A stretch of DNA of 59,130 nucleotides from an uncultured Muribaculaceae bacterium (GTDB taxonomy: Bacteria; Bacillota_I; Bacilli_A; RF39; UBA660), in assembly GCA_964551965.1 (NCBI GenBank), contig CAZKFB010000003.1:1-59130 (forward strand), written 5' to 3'. Below the pieces are notes generated by a model that saw nothing but the letters and a program-made list of their open reading frames with translations, searched no databases and was not told the origin of the DNA. The position numbers were made by a program, and so were the translations under genes. Below are positions 38,674 to 49,240 of the stretch, piece by piece. The first letter of the stretch is position 1. Each line of letters opens with the position of its first letter.

Positions 38674-39234
38674 ATGAAAAAGAAAAAGAATAATAATCAA
38701 GATTTTAATATTTATACGAAAGAGATAAAAAAGAAAAAATATGTTAATGATGACTATAAAATGGCAGTATCTTTTATTGTTGTATTATTAATTGTTTTAG
38801 TATTTATTGGAGCATTATTTTTCTTAAATGGTAAATTTGTATCTAAGGATATCTTACAAGATGATAAGACAACTACGACAACAACAGCACCATCATATGA
38901 TGATTCAGTAATATTAGTAAATAGAATATTAAGTGTTAATAATGATAAGTACTATGTTATGGTATATGATTTTAATGATGATATTCATAATGCACTTTAT
39001 TCATCATTAGTAAGTTCTTATAAGGGAGAAAAAATTAAGTTATATTCTACTAATATTGGTATTGCTCTAAATAGTAAATATTATAATAAAGATAAGAAAG
39101 AAAATATAATGGTTTCTAATTATAAAGATTTTAATTTTACAAGACCGGTATTATTAGAGATAAATAAGAATAAAGTTAGTAGAACTATTACTACTGAGAA
39201 AGAAATTATTTCAATATTAAAAGAGACTAAATAA
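38674..39234 (+). CDS. Membrane-anchored hypothetical protein
   Basis: Single TM helix followed by Thr-rich linker. Confidence 0.7.
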   Translation: MKKKKNNNQDFNIYTKEIKKKKYVNDDYKMAVSFIVVLLIVLVFIGALFFLNGKFVSKDILQDDKTTTTTTAPSYDDSVILVNRILSVNNDKYYVMVYDFNDDIHNALYSSLVSSYKGEKIKLYSTNIGIALNSKYYNKDKKENIMVSNYKDFNFTRPVLLEINKNKVSRTITTEKEIISILKETK

Positions 39235-39254
39235 GTCTCTTTATTTATGTTATA

Positions 39255-40442
39255 ATGAAGGTGGTGAAATATATGAAAGACATCCAAGAAAGATTCAATA
39301 TAAAGAAAAGTAATAATATTATAAACATTGTTCTAATAGTAATTGTATTCTCTTTATTATCTAGTGCAATTACCGGAATAACTATTTATTATTTAAATAA
39401 TAAGAATGTTATATTAAGTGATAATGAGAAAGAATTATTAGATACTTATAAGAGTATAAATGATAAATATTATAAAGATATAGATATTAGTAAAGTTAAA
39501 GATGCAGCTATAGATGGAATGATGGACTATTTAAATGAAGATTATTCAGAATTATTAAAAGATTATGAATCAGATAGTTTATTAGATAAATTAAATGGTC
39601 AATATAAGGGTATTGGGGTATCTATAGGTGTATCTAATAAGGAAGTTGCAATAATTGAAGTTAGGGATGATACTCCCGCTAAAAAGGCTGATATTAGAGT
39701 TGGAGATATCATATTAAAGATCAATGAACAAGAGATTAATACTTCTAATATTGAAAGTATTACTTCAATAGTTGAGAGCAGTGATTCTATTACTTTAGAA
39801 TTAAAGAGAGATAAAGAGACTTTAACTAAGAATGTTGATGTTAAAACGATTATTAAACCTTCAGTATCTTCTACTATTATTAATAGAAATGGTAAGAATA
39901 TTGGATATATCTATATCGAAACTTTCTCTAATACGACAGATATTCAATTTAAGGATAGTTTAGAATTACTTGAAAGTAAGAATATAGATTCACTTATTAT
40001 TGATGTTAGAAATAATACGGGAGGATATTTAGAAACGGCTGAAAGAATAGCATCACTTTTTATTATCAAGAATAAACCTATATATCAATTTAAAGCAAAA
40101 GATTCTTTTAAGATTGTCTATGACAAAACCAATGATTCACGAAAATATGACATTGCTGTTTTAATAAATGAAAGAACAGCATCAGCAAGTGAAATATTAG
40201 CATTAGCTTTAAAAGAAAGTTATGGAGCTATTCTCGTTGGTACGAGATCGTATGGAAAAGGATCTGTTCAACAATTAGGTAATCTAAATAGTAAGGAAAA
40301 TTATAAGATAACAATAGCTAAATGGTATTCTCCTAATGGTAATTCAATAGATGAAGTTGGGATAACTCCGGGTATATTTATTGAAAATGATTCAAATGTC
40401 GACAAACAATTAGAAAAAGCAATCGAAGTATTAAATAATTAG
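39255..40442 (+). CDS. S41 C-terminal processing protease with PDZ domain (CtpA-like)
   Basis: IDVRNNTGG, TASASE, SYGKGSVQ, WYSPNG. Confidence 0.92.
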   Translation: MKVVKYMKDIQERFNIKKSNNIINIVLIVIVFSLLSSAITGITIYYLNNKNVILSDNEKELLDTYKSINDKYYKDIDISKVKDAAIDGMMDYLNEDYSELLKDYESDSLLDKLNGQYKGIGVSIGVSNKEVAIIEVRDDTPAKKADIRVGDIILKINEQEINTSNIESITSIVESSDSITLELKRDKETLTKNVDVKTIIKPSVSSTIINRNGKNIGYIYIETFSNTTDIQFKDSLELLESKNIDSLIIDVRNNTGGYLETAERIASLFIIKNKPIYQFKAKDSFKIVYDKTNDSRKYDIAVLINERTASASEILALALKESYGAILVGTRSYGKGSVQQLGNLNSKENYKITIAKWYSPNGNSIDEVGITPGIFIENDSNVDKQLEKAIEVLNN

Positions 40443-40484
40443 TTGTAGTATTGTATAAAAAGTGACATATTTTTATCAAAAAAA

Positions 40485-40528
40485 TGTCAAATTATATGTT
40501 TATTTACACAAATCGACAAAACTCGACA
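40485..40528. promoter_or_regulatory. Candidate Spo0A boxes upstream of spo0A
   Basis: Minus-strand TGTCGAT (40512-40518) and TGTCGAG (40522-40528), 10 bp apart; plus-strand TGTCAAA (40485-40491); consensus TGNCGAA. Confidence 0.5.
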
Positions 40529-40610
40529 TTTTTTGCTATTTCCTAATTCAAAACAATATAATATAATACTGATTAGCAGTTCAAAGATTATTAGAAAAAG
40601 GAGATACGTT

Positions 40611-41369
40611 ATGGCTAAACGTTTATTGGTTGTTGATTCAAACATCCAAAATGGAGAAGCAGTATGGAAGTATTTTAAGAATTCTAGTAGTATTGAAGTA
40701 ATTAACGTTGTAAGTAGTAAAGAAGAGGCAGTTAGATATCTGAAAGATGCTGATGTTATTGTTGTCGATCTTTTGCTTAATGGGCTTGATAGTATGATGT
40801 TATTTTCAAGTATTAAGGAACTATGTTTAAATACGAAGGTAATAGCAACAAGTGAATTTGTAACTAATGATATGATAAGTAGTTTAAATGAATATAATAT
40901 CAACTACTTTATTAAGAAACCTTATAGTCCGGAATCATTAGAACGAGTTATTAATAGTCTATATATTGCAAATGAAACGGTAGATAATAAGGAGATCATT
41001 CATAATGAAGATTCGGAAGAAAATGTTATAAAGGTTACTAATATGTTGCATTCATTAGGTATACCATCACATATAAAAGGCTATAGTTATATAAGAGATG
41101 GCATTTTAAAGATACTTAACAATTCGCGTTTAGTAGGTTCGATTACTAAAGAATTATATCCGGAAATTGCTGTTAATTATAATACGACTTCATCGAGAGT
41201 TGAAAGAGCAATAAGACATGCAATTGAAGTTTCTTGGGTAAGGGGAGATTATCATATGATGGAAGAACTATTTGGTAATTCTGTCGATGTTGATCGAAGT
41301 AAACCAACGAATGCTGAATTTATTGTAACTTTAGCAGATCGATTAAAAATTGATTCAAAATATGTATAA
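40611..41369 (+). CDS. spo0A: Sporulation master regulator Spo0A
   Basis: Receiver domain plus IPSHIKGY, ITKELYPEIA, SRVERAIRHAIE, KPTNAEFI; AAGGAG RBS before ATG 40611. Confidence 0.93.
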   Translation: MAKRLLVVDSNIQNGEAVWKYFKNSSSIEVINVVSSKEEAVRYLKDADVIVVDLLLNGLDSMMLFSSIKELCLNTKVIATSEFVTNDMISSLNEYNINYFIKKPYSPESLERVINSLYIANETVDNKEIIHNEDSEENVIKVTNMLHSLGIPSHIKGYSYIRDGILKILNNSRLVGSITKELYPEIAVNYNTTSSRVERAIRHAIEVSWVRGDYHMMEELFGNSVDVDRSKPTNAEFIVTLADRLKIDSKYV

Positions 41370-41412
41370 ATATTATTAAAAATCCTCATATAATTACTAG
41401 GAGGATTTTTAT

Positions 41413-43146
41413 ATGTTTGAATACAGTAAGATTAAAAGTGAATTATTAAAGTCATCAGAAAAAGAAATGATGGAATTACATCATCCTTATGTAGGAACAG
41501 AACATCTTCTTTTAAGTTTACTTAAGAAAGAAGAAATAGCTGATATAGCTGAGTCTTATCATTTAAATTATGAAATATTCAAAGAGACTCTAATTGAAAT
41601 AGTTGGTAAGGCAAAGAAAAAATCAGAAGTTATACTCTATACTCCTTTAATGAGAAATGTCATCAATAAAGCTAAAGATGATATATATAATATCTTTTAT
41701 ACTCTTTTATCAAGTGATGATGGTATAGCTTTAAGAATACTGGAAATAATGGGAATTGATATTGAAGGATTAGCTTCATCAGTAAGTGATAATAATTCTT
41801 TTGATTTTGGTGAACCAATAACTTCAAAAGATATATTAGTTGGAAGAGAAAAAGAGATAAATAGTATAATTGAGATATTACTTAGAAGAAATAAAAATAA
41901 TCCTTTACTTATAGGGGAAGCTGGAGTAGGTAAAAGTGCCATTGTCTATGAACTTTCAAGAAGAATAGAAGAATCTTTAGTACCTGATCGATTAAAAGGC
42001 TATAAGATAATTGGTTTAGATATGTCAAATATGTTATCAAATACCAAATATCGAGGGGAATTTGAAACAAAGATTAATAATCTAATAAAGAAAGTAAAGA
42101 ATAAGAAGATAATATTATTTATTGATGAAATACATACGATTGTTAAATCGGGAGGAGGAGAATCATCAATAGATGCGGCTAATATATTAAAACCTTATTT
42201 AACTAATCGAAGTGTAACAATCATTGGAGCAACGACAACTAATGAATACGAAGAATTCATTGCTAAAGATAAAGCTTTAGCTCGAAGATTTGCTGTAGTT
42301 AATATTATGGAACCCGATGAAGAAAGCACCAAAAATATCTTAAAGAAAATAAAGAAAGTATATGAAGACTATCATGGATATCATATAAGTGATGCTATAA
42401 TTAATCGTATAGTTGAATACAGTAATCTATATATGAAGAATAGATGTAATCCCGATAAGTCAATAGAAATAATGGATGTTCTATTGTCAAGAGCTGCTAT
42501 TAATAGTAAAGAGAGTATGTATTTAGAAAACCATGACTTTGTAAGTGCATTAAAGACTAAGAATGTTATGATCAGTGATGTCGATGAAGTAATTGAATCA
42601 TTAACTGGTATTCATATCTTAAAAAGCAAAGATTATTCTTTATTAAAGACTAGATTAAATAATTATATCGAAAGCCATGATATGAATAAGATTATTAAAA
42701 ATAAATCATTTATTCTATCAGGTAAAACTAATCTTGCTGATCAGGTAGTTAATATAATAAAAGATACTTTAAAATATAAATTAATTACTTTAGATATGAA
42801 AGAGTTTGCAACTCTTACTAGCATTAATAGATTAGTTGGAAGTGATCCCGGATATTCTAATTTTAGTGAGTTTAATATTTTGGATAGAATAAAATATCAA
42901 CCATTTACTTTACTTTATTTAAAAAACTATGAATATGCTCATCCTAGTGTTAAAAACTTGTTTAAATCAATTAATGAGAAACATTACTACAGTGATAAAA
43001 AGAATAATATTATTAGTTTTAATAATAGTTTAATTGTAATGGGGGAAAGTAATACGAATAATAGTATCGGATTTAATAATAATACTTGTAAAGATAACAG
43101 CAATTTTATTGTTAATTTAAAAGAAAAAGCAACTATTATGATATAA
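41413..43146 (+). CDS. ClpC-like AAA+ protein, short, with degenerate second ATPase module
   Basis: Clp-N (YVGTEHLLL), NNPLLIGEAGVGKS, LFIDEIH, LARRF; D2 remnant SGKT, RLVGSDPGY, no Walker B DE. Confidence 0.85.
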   Translation: MFEYSKIKSELLKSSEKEMMELHHPYVGTEHLLLSLLKKEEIADIAESYHLNYEIFKETLIEIVGKAKKKSEVILYTPLMRNVINKAKDDIYNIFYTLLSSDDGIALRILEIMGIDIEGLASSVSDNNSFDFGEPITSKDILVGREKEINSIIEILLRRNKNNPLLIGEAGVGKSAIVYELSRRIEESLVPDRLKGYKIIGLDMSNMLSNTKYRGEFETKINNLIKKVKNKKIILFIDEIHTIVKSGGGESSIDAANILKPYLTNRSVTIIGATTTNEYEEFIAKDKALARRFAVVNIMEPDEESTKNILKKIKKVYEDYHGYHISDAIINRIVEYSNLYMKNRCNPDKSIEIMDVLLSRAAINSKESMYLENHDFVSALKTKNVMISDVDEVIESLTGIHILKSKDYSLLKTRLNNYIESHDMNKIIKNKSFILSGKTNLADQVVNIIKDTLKYKLITLDMKEFATLTSINRLVGSDPGYSNFSEFNILDRIKYQPFTLLYLKNYEYAHPSVKNLFKSINEKHYYSDKKNNIISFNNSLIVMGESNTNNSIGFNNNTCKDNSNFIVNLKEKATIMI

Positions 43147-43171
43147 TAAATTCAAGAATAGAGGGTGTATT

Positions 43172-44041
43172 ATGAACTCAAATGAATTAGATAAGAATAA
43201 AATCAATCGTGTTGCTACACCAATAAAAATAGATGGTAGTGGTCAACCAATAGTAAATAAAGATAATAAAGAAATAGTTATTGTAAAGAAAGAGAAACCT
43301 CAAGGTTCTATTACTACGGTTCTTGTTATTATTCTTTTACTTATTCTTGCATTTCTTGCATTTCTAGCATTCTATATAATTATTCCTGAATATATTAAGG
43401 AATCGGATAATAATTATAAAGTTGATCCAACAACGACCAAGATGAATACTATTGAAAATTTTCAAATTACTACGGGTTTAATATCAGACAATCCTTTAGT
43501 TAATACACCGGGAGAATATATTATAAGTGAAGATGCTAAAATAAGCATCGTTAATACTAGTACAGGTATAAGTGTTATTGTAAATGGAGTATTTATCGAT
43601 AGTGCATCTTACTTATCTAATCGTGTTGCTATGCTTGATGATTTAATAATGATTAATTTACTTGGAAATAATAGCCGTACCAGTAAACTATATGCCGTTG
43701 ATTTAAAGGGAAATGTAGTATTTAAACTATTTAATCTAACGGAGGACGGTATGCTTCTTAATGGAGATGCTGATATTCAATATAATACAGTTACTTTCAT
43801 TGTAAGTTCATCTAGAGTATCTGGTAATAATTTAATATTAAACAATGATTATGGTAATCTAAATGGTTTAAATATATGTAATTATGAACTTTTAGGTGAG
43901 CATAATATTGATGAATCATTCTCAGCTATTAGTTATTATTCATTTGAGTATTTAGGTAATCATAAATTTAGTAAACCAACTCTTATTAATAGTATATCTT
44001 TAGGGGAATATCGAAGTACTTCTAATCTATGTAATGAATAA
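43172..44041 (+). CDS. Membrane-anchored hypothetical protein
   Basis: Single TM helix, beta-rich extracellular part. Confidence 0.7.
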   Translation: MNSNELDKNKINRVATPIKIDGSGQPIVNKDNKEIVIVKKEKPQGSITTVLVIILLLILAFLAFLAFYIIIPEYIKESDNNYKVDPTTTKMNTIENFQITTGLISDNPLVNTPGEYIISEDAKISIVNTSTGISVIVNGVFIDSASYLSNRVAMLDDLIMINLLGNNSRTSKLYAVDLKGNVVFKLFNLTEDGMLLNGDADIQYNTVTFIVSSSRVSGNNLILNNDYGNLNGLNICNYELLGEHNIDESFSAISYYSFEYLGNHKFSKPTLINSISLGEYRSTSNLCNE

Positions 44042-44122
44042 AAAGAACTCATACTTTAGTAAGAGTTTTTTTATTGAATAAAACTGTTTAAAATTGTATA
44101 ATTTATTTTAGGAGGCATTATA

Positions 44123-45517
44123 ATGAAAATATATAATACATTAACAAAAAAACTCGAAAATTTTATTCCTAATGAAGAAGGACACGTTAAGATGTATACT
44201 TGTGGACCAACTGTTTATCATTATGCTCATATAGGTAATATGAGAAATTATATTGGTCATGATATTTTAGAGAGAACTTTTGAATATTTAGGCTATGAAG
44301 TAACAAGAGCAATGAATATTACTGATGTAGGTCATTTAACAAGTGATTCTGATTCTGGTGAAGACAAGATGGAAGTAGCAAAAAGACGTGAAAATAAAAC
44401 GGCTATGGAAATTGCTAAGTTCTATACGGAAGCATTCTTTAACGATTTTCAAGCTTTAAACTGTAAAATGCCTGATATTATTTCTCCAGCAACGGAAAAT
44501 ATAGATATGTATATTAAAATGATTGAAAAATTACTTGATGATGGATTCGCATATATAAGTGGTGGCAATGTTTACTTTGATATTTCTAAACTTGATGATT
44601 ACTATGTATTAACTAATCATCAAGAAGATAAGATGGTAGTTGGAGCTCGTGAAGGGGTTGAAGTAGATGATTCAAAGAGAAACCAAGCAGATTTTGTATT
44701 GTGGTTTACTACATCTAAATTTGAGAATCATGAATTACTATGGGAATCTCCTTGGGGACTAGGGTATCCTGGATGGCATATTGAATGTTCAGGAATATCA
44801 ATTAAGTATTTAGGAGAATCTTTAGATATTCATGGTGGTGGAGTAGACAATATATTCCCACATCATACTAATGAGATTGCTCAAAGTGAGGCATATTTAG
44901 GTCATAAATGGTGTAATTATTGGTTTCACAATGAACACTTATTAGATGAAACAGGAAAAATGAGTAAGAGTAATGGAGAATTTTTAACGGTTTCCTTATT
45001 AAAAGAAAAAGGATATGATCCATTAAGTTTTCGTTTCATGTGTTTAAATTCTCATTATCGTAAGCAATTAGTATTCTCTTATTCAGCATTGAATCAATCA
45101 GAAGCAACTTACAAGAAATTATTAAATAAAATCGAATCTATTGAAGATACTGGTGAATTAGATGAAGGAGAATTCTCTAATTATAATGAAGATTTTATTG
45201 AGAGTATTAGCAATGATTTAAATACAGCTAATGCTTTATCTGTTCTTTATGAATTATTAAAAGATGATCAAGTAAATGGACATACAAAGTTAGAATTAAT
45301 TAAGAAGTTTGATAAAGTATTTGCTCTTAATTTAATAAGAGAAAAAAGTGTAGCTTCTAATGATGAAGAAATACAATCTCTAATTGAAAAGAGAAATGAA
45401 GCAAAGAAGAATAAAGATTTTGAACTTGCTGATTCAATAAGAGAAGAATTAAAGATAAGAGGTATTGAATTAATAGATACTAGAGAAGGAACTAAATATA
45501 AAATTGTAGGTGAATAA
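44123..45517 (+). CDS. cysS: Cysteine--tRNA ligase
   Basis: CGPTVY, HIGN, PGWHIECS, DIHGGG, KMSKS. Confidence 0.97.
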   Translation: MKIYNTLTKKLENFIPNEEGHVKMYTCGPTVYHYAHIGNMRNYIGHDILERTFEYLGYEVTRAMNITDVGHLTSDSDSGEDKMEVAKRRENKTAMEIAKFYTEAFFNDFQALNCKMPDIISPATENIDMYIKMIEKLLDDGFAYISGGNVYFDISKLDDYYVLTNHQEDKMVVGAREGVEVDDSKRNQADFVLWFTTSKFENHELLWESPWGLGYPGWHIECSGISIKYLGESLDIHGGGVDNIFPHHTNEIAQSEAYLGHKWCNYWFHNEHLLDETGKMSKSNGEFLTVSLLKEKGYDPLSFRFMCLNSHYRKQLVFSYSALNQSEATYKKLLNKIESIEDTGELDEGEFSNYNEDFIESISNDLNTANALSVLYELLKDDQVNGHTKLELIKKFDKVFALNLIREKSVASNDEEIQSLIEKRNEAKKNKDFELADSIREELKIRGIELIDTREGTKYKIVGE

Positions 45518-46136
45518 AATGATTATATTATTATATTTATTATTATTGTTTGTTCCTTTAATGTCTTATTTTAAATTAAAAAGTGAAGAGAAGAAATTAG
45601 TAGATATTTCTAATAAAAAAGATTTAAGTGGATTTGAAATAGCTAAAAGAATAGTTGATGAAAATGTCTATATTATTGAAGTAAGGGATACTATGTTAAA
45701 TACTTATTATAAGTCACGAGAGACTCTTAAGTTTAGTACTAGGGTATTTCATTCTTCTGATATATTATCTTCCGTTATAGCATCTAAATTAGCGTTTCAA
45801 ACAAAAAAGAAAAGTTTTTTAACAGGTTCTTTATTAAATATATTAGATATCTTAAATATTGTTTCTTTTATTTGCTTCTTAGTTGGAGTTTTATATGACA
45901 TGAACTTTGTTATTTTAGCTATTGCTATAATAGTTTGTAGTTTAGGTATAATTCTAATAGATATGATTAGTAATAAAGAAGTAAATGATCAAGCATTTGA
46001 TTATTTAGTAAAAAATAAGATAATAGATGAAAAGTATGATTACTTAAAAGATATAGTAAAATATGAATATGTTGCTAGAATATTTACTATAATACCTGAT
46101 AGTATTCAAAAACTCTTTAAAACTGTGTTTAAATAA
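45510..46136 (+). CDS. YugP-like zinc-peptidase-family membrane protein lacking HExxH
   Basis: SGFEIAKRI and LNTYY...LKFS resemble YugP; SVIASKLAFQ sits where AVAAHEVGHA is expected. Confidence 0.55.
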   Translation: MNKMIILLYLLLLFVPLMSYFKLKSEEKKLVDISNKKDLSGFEIAKRIVDENVYIIEVRDTMLNTYYKSRETLKFSTRVFHSSDILSSVIASKLAFQTKKKSFLTGSLLNILDILNIVSFICFLVGVLYDMNFVILAIAIIVCSLGIILIDMISNKEVNDQAFDYLVKNKIIDEKYDYLKDIVKYEYVARIFTIIPDSIQKLFKTVFK

Positions 46137-46191
46137 ACATAGTTTTTTTCTTGAAAAAATTTCAAATAATGATAGAATATATATCACAGGA

Positions 46192-47933
46192 GTGGTAATG
46201 ATGTCAGAAAATATAATAACTCAACAAGAGTTAATGGATAAAGCAAGAGAAGTATTTGATTTAGGGAATCGCGAAGAATCAGCTAAACTTTATGAAGAAG
46301 CATATAGAATGAAGAAAAATGGAGTGTGTGCTTTTCAAGTATTTGTATGGTATATAAGTCAATCTGATTATGAAAAAGCATGTTATTGGCTAATGGAATT
46401 AGATAATTTCAATGAATATAAAAATGATTTCTATACTTATGCATTATTATTAAATAATTTTGTTAATCTACCTGAAGATTAAATAATCTAGAAATAAGAG
46501 ATTTAAGACTAGATAGAAGCGATTTAAGATTTGGGGATCGTGATTTAAATAATAGAATAAGAGATGCAATTTTAAGTGAAAGATATAATGTAGCTTATGG
46601 ACTTATTAATAGAATAATAAATACAGGTAGTAGTCAACCTCAAGAATATGTTATCTATCGTCTATTGAGAGAAAAGGAACAAAAAGAACCTAAAAGAATT
46701 AAAAAAATGATTACGGAAGAAAGATTTGATGACTTATATGATTTCTTAAATACAAAACCTAATTATCAAAAGAAAGATGAATTAGCAATGCATGTATTAA
46801 AAGATATATATGATATGTTAGATGGCATTATTATTAAGAAGGCTAAAAAGGCTTCAGTAAGATTAACTGACGCAATTTATAATTCGGATTATAGTACGGC
46901 ATTAGAACTATGCCATAATGATATCGTATTAGAATCTTTATTAAAGAAAGCTATAGAAATAAATCAAGATAACATAGTTAGTAAATATAATGGAAATTTA
47001 GGTTATTATTTCTATGATACTTGTGAAGCTATTTACTTTGCTCTAAAAAATAAAAATTATGATTTTGTTAAAGATAAAATCAAAGAATATATAGGTGTAA
47101 TAGGTCAAGTTTGTTATAATAATTATCTAATGTGTATGGTCGAAGTATATAAATTAATGCCTGAATATGAAAGTGATTTATTAAACTTATTGAGTGATGT
47201 AACTTATGGACATAAAGTAATTGATACGGTGTATTTAAAGAAACTATTTGGTATTGCCTTAAATGAACATAGATATGAAGCTGCTGAATCTTTATTACAT
47301 ACATTTGAATATATGAGAGAAATAACTGATATTAATGTCGAATATATGAGATTTGTATATAATCGTGAATTATATTTAAATAAAGATATAAGTTATGGGG
47401 AACAGGAAAGCGATAATTTATTAGTAGCAAGAATAAATGAATTGCTTAAAGAACAAAGTAATGATTCTCAAATTAAGACATTAGAAGCTAATAATTTACA
47501 TGAAGAATTTGTAATTAAGTATACTTTAAAGAATATAGATTCTTGTTTCTATAGAATAGGAGATTCAGAATACCCAACTAGCTTCTATATTAAGAAGAAA
47601 AAGTTTACTTCTAAAGAATTTAAGAGAGATATTGCTGTTACAAAGATAAGTATTTGTATTAAAAAGGGCAATTATGAAGATGCATTAGAAACTGTTAAGA
47701 ATGGTCTTGCTTATTCTAAAGAGTTTGATTATGTATTATTATCTTATGCTTCTTATTTATATGATTTAATGGGTAATGAAGAGAGATTAGAGTATATTAA
47801 TAGTATTTTATTAAATGTATTTGGAATTGAGGACTATAGAGATATTATTAATAGTGGTGAAGTAGCTCTTTTAGATAACAGTGTTAAGATGAAAGAATTT
47901 GTTAAAAAATTAATTAATAAACCAATAGAATAG
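46192..47933 (+). pseudogene. ~580-aa TPR-like helical protein split by an apparent 1-bp deletion near 46477
   Basis: ORF 46192..46482 stops at TAA while the frame of ORF 46665..47933 is already open from 46476; no RBS before TTG 46665. Confidence 0.75.
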
Positions 47934-47988
47934 TTTTCTATTGGTTTATTTTTATGATTTTTATATTATAATAAGTATAGGTGATAAT

Positions 47989-48354
47989 ATGAAAAGAAGA
48001 GTAGTATTAATAAGTATCATAGTATTAATAATAGGAATAATAATTGGTATTATTCTATATTTAAATAGTGATTATAAATTAAATTTAGATCGTAAGAATA
48101 ATATAGAGAGTGTTGGTAGTGAGTATTATGAGAACTATTATTATCCTAGCGTAGGCGAAGATTATATAAAGAAATATATGGATAATAGTATCAAGATACC
48201 TTTATCTACAATTAGTAATAGTAAAGATTTAAATAGTAAGATTAAAGATAAATTATTTGATAAATGTGATGTTAATAATACTTATATTGAAATAACACCA
48301 GTAAGTCCTTTTAAATCTGATAGTTATAGAATTAAAGTTAATTTAGATTGTTAA
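47989..48354 (+). CDS. Small membrane-anchored hypothetical protein
   Basis: AGGTGA RBS before ATG 47989; N-terminal TM helix. Confidence 0.7.
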   Translation: MKRRVVLISIIVLIIGIIIGIILYLNSDYKLNLDRKNNIESVGSEYYENYYYPSVGEDYIKKYMDNSIKIPLSTISNSKDLNSKIKDKLFDKCDVNNTYIEITPVSPFKSDSYRIKVNLDC

Positions 48355-48371
48355 AATTAAGAGGGGATAAT

Positions 48372-49217
48372 GTGGGAGATAAAATAATAAATGAGATATT
48401 AAATCTATATGATGAATATTTAGATACACTTAGACATATAAGTGGTTTTGAGTTGGATGTAGATAAAGTTAATCGTATTAATGGTTTTTCTAGTGTTCAA
48501 GAGCTTGATAAATATTTAGGTAGGGGAATAAGTGATGCACACTCAGAATTAATTGATGAATTTATTAGGAATATGTTAGGACTAATAGACTTTAATGAAG
48601 TTAGTAATCTAAGAACATATATTTATTATCCTGATTTTAAAATAAAAACTCATATTAATAATCCTGCCAATATATATGCTAAGAATTTTTCTTTAGAAAA
48701 AGCGGTAATAATATCTCCCGTCTATGAGTTAAATCTAGTTAGAGGAAGTTATCGAACTAGAACGGAAGTATTACGTATGAAACGTTTATCTGTATCTCCT
48801 AAAGTAGATGTATTATCTTGTAAGAAAGAGAGTATAGATAGTTATGCATTTAAATGTTTAGAAAGGGATTTAATAAATAGATTTAAAAAGAAATTTGGAA
48901 GTACTCCCAATAGTGATGATTTAATACTATTAAGGAATATTGCTATTAAATATATATTGGAGAACTTAAAGGGTAGACAAGATATTGGCAATGAAGTACT
49001 TTATCAAGAAGATGCCATTGTATCTTATGATTATGATAAGACAAAGAAAAGTATAAGTGATGAATATAGTATAAATTATAATGATACTTATAAGAGCAAA
49101 TCTAATGTTACTACTCCTTGGATTTATCGAGGATTAGTTAACTTTGATAACCGAGAGATTTTTTCTCATCAAGACAATTCAGTTATACCTTTATCTTATA
49201 TGCGAAAAAGACAATAA
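48372..49217 (+). CDS. Hypothetical protein (~281 aa)
   Basis: GAGGGG RBS before GTG 48372; track start 48348. Confidence 0.7.
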   Translation: MGDKIINEILNLYDEYLDTLRHISGFELDVDKVNRINGFSSVQELDKYLGRGISDAHSELIDEFIRNMLGLIDFNEVSNLRTYIYYPDFKIKTHINNPANIYAKNFSLEKAVIISPVYELNLVRGSYRTRTEVLRMKRLSVSPKVDVLSCKKESIDSYAFKCLERDLINRFKKKFGSTPNSDDLILLRNIAIKYILENLKGRQDIGNEVLYQEDAIVSYDYDKTKKSISDEYSINYNDTYKSKSNVTTPWIYRGLVNFDNREIFSHQDNSVIPLSYMRKRQ

Positions 49218-49240
49218 AAAAACGTATTATTTAATACGTT

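Noticed and set aside
40487-40903. 138-aa minus-strand ORF
   Set aside because: Antisense shadow of spo0A with no motif.
44042-44122. T-box leader before cysS
   Set aside because: The 81-nt gap holds only a terminator and promoter; no T-box motif.
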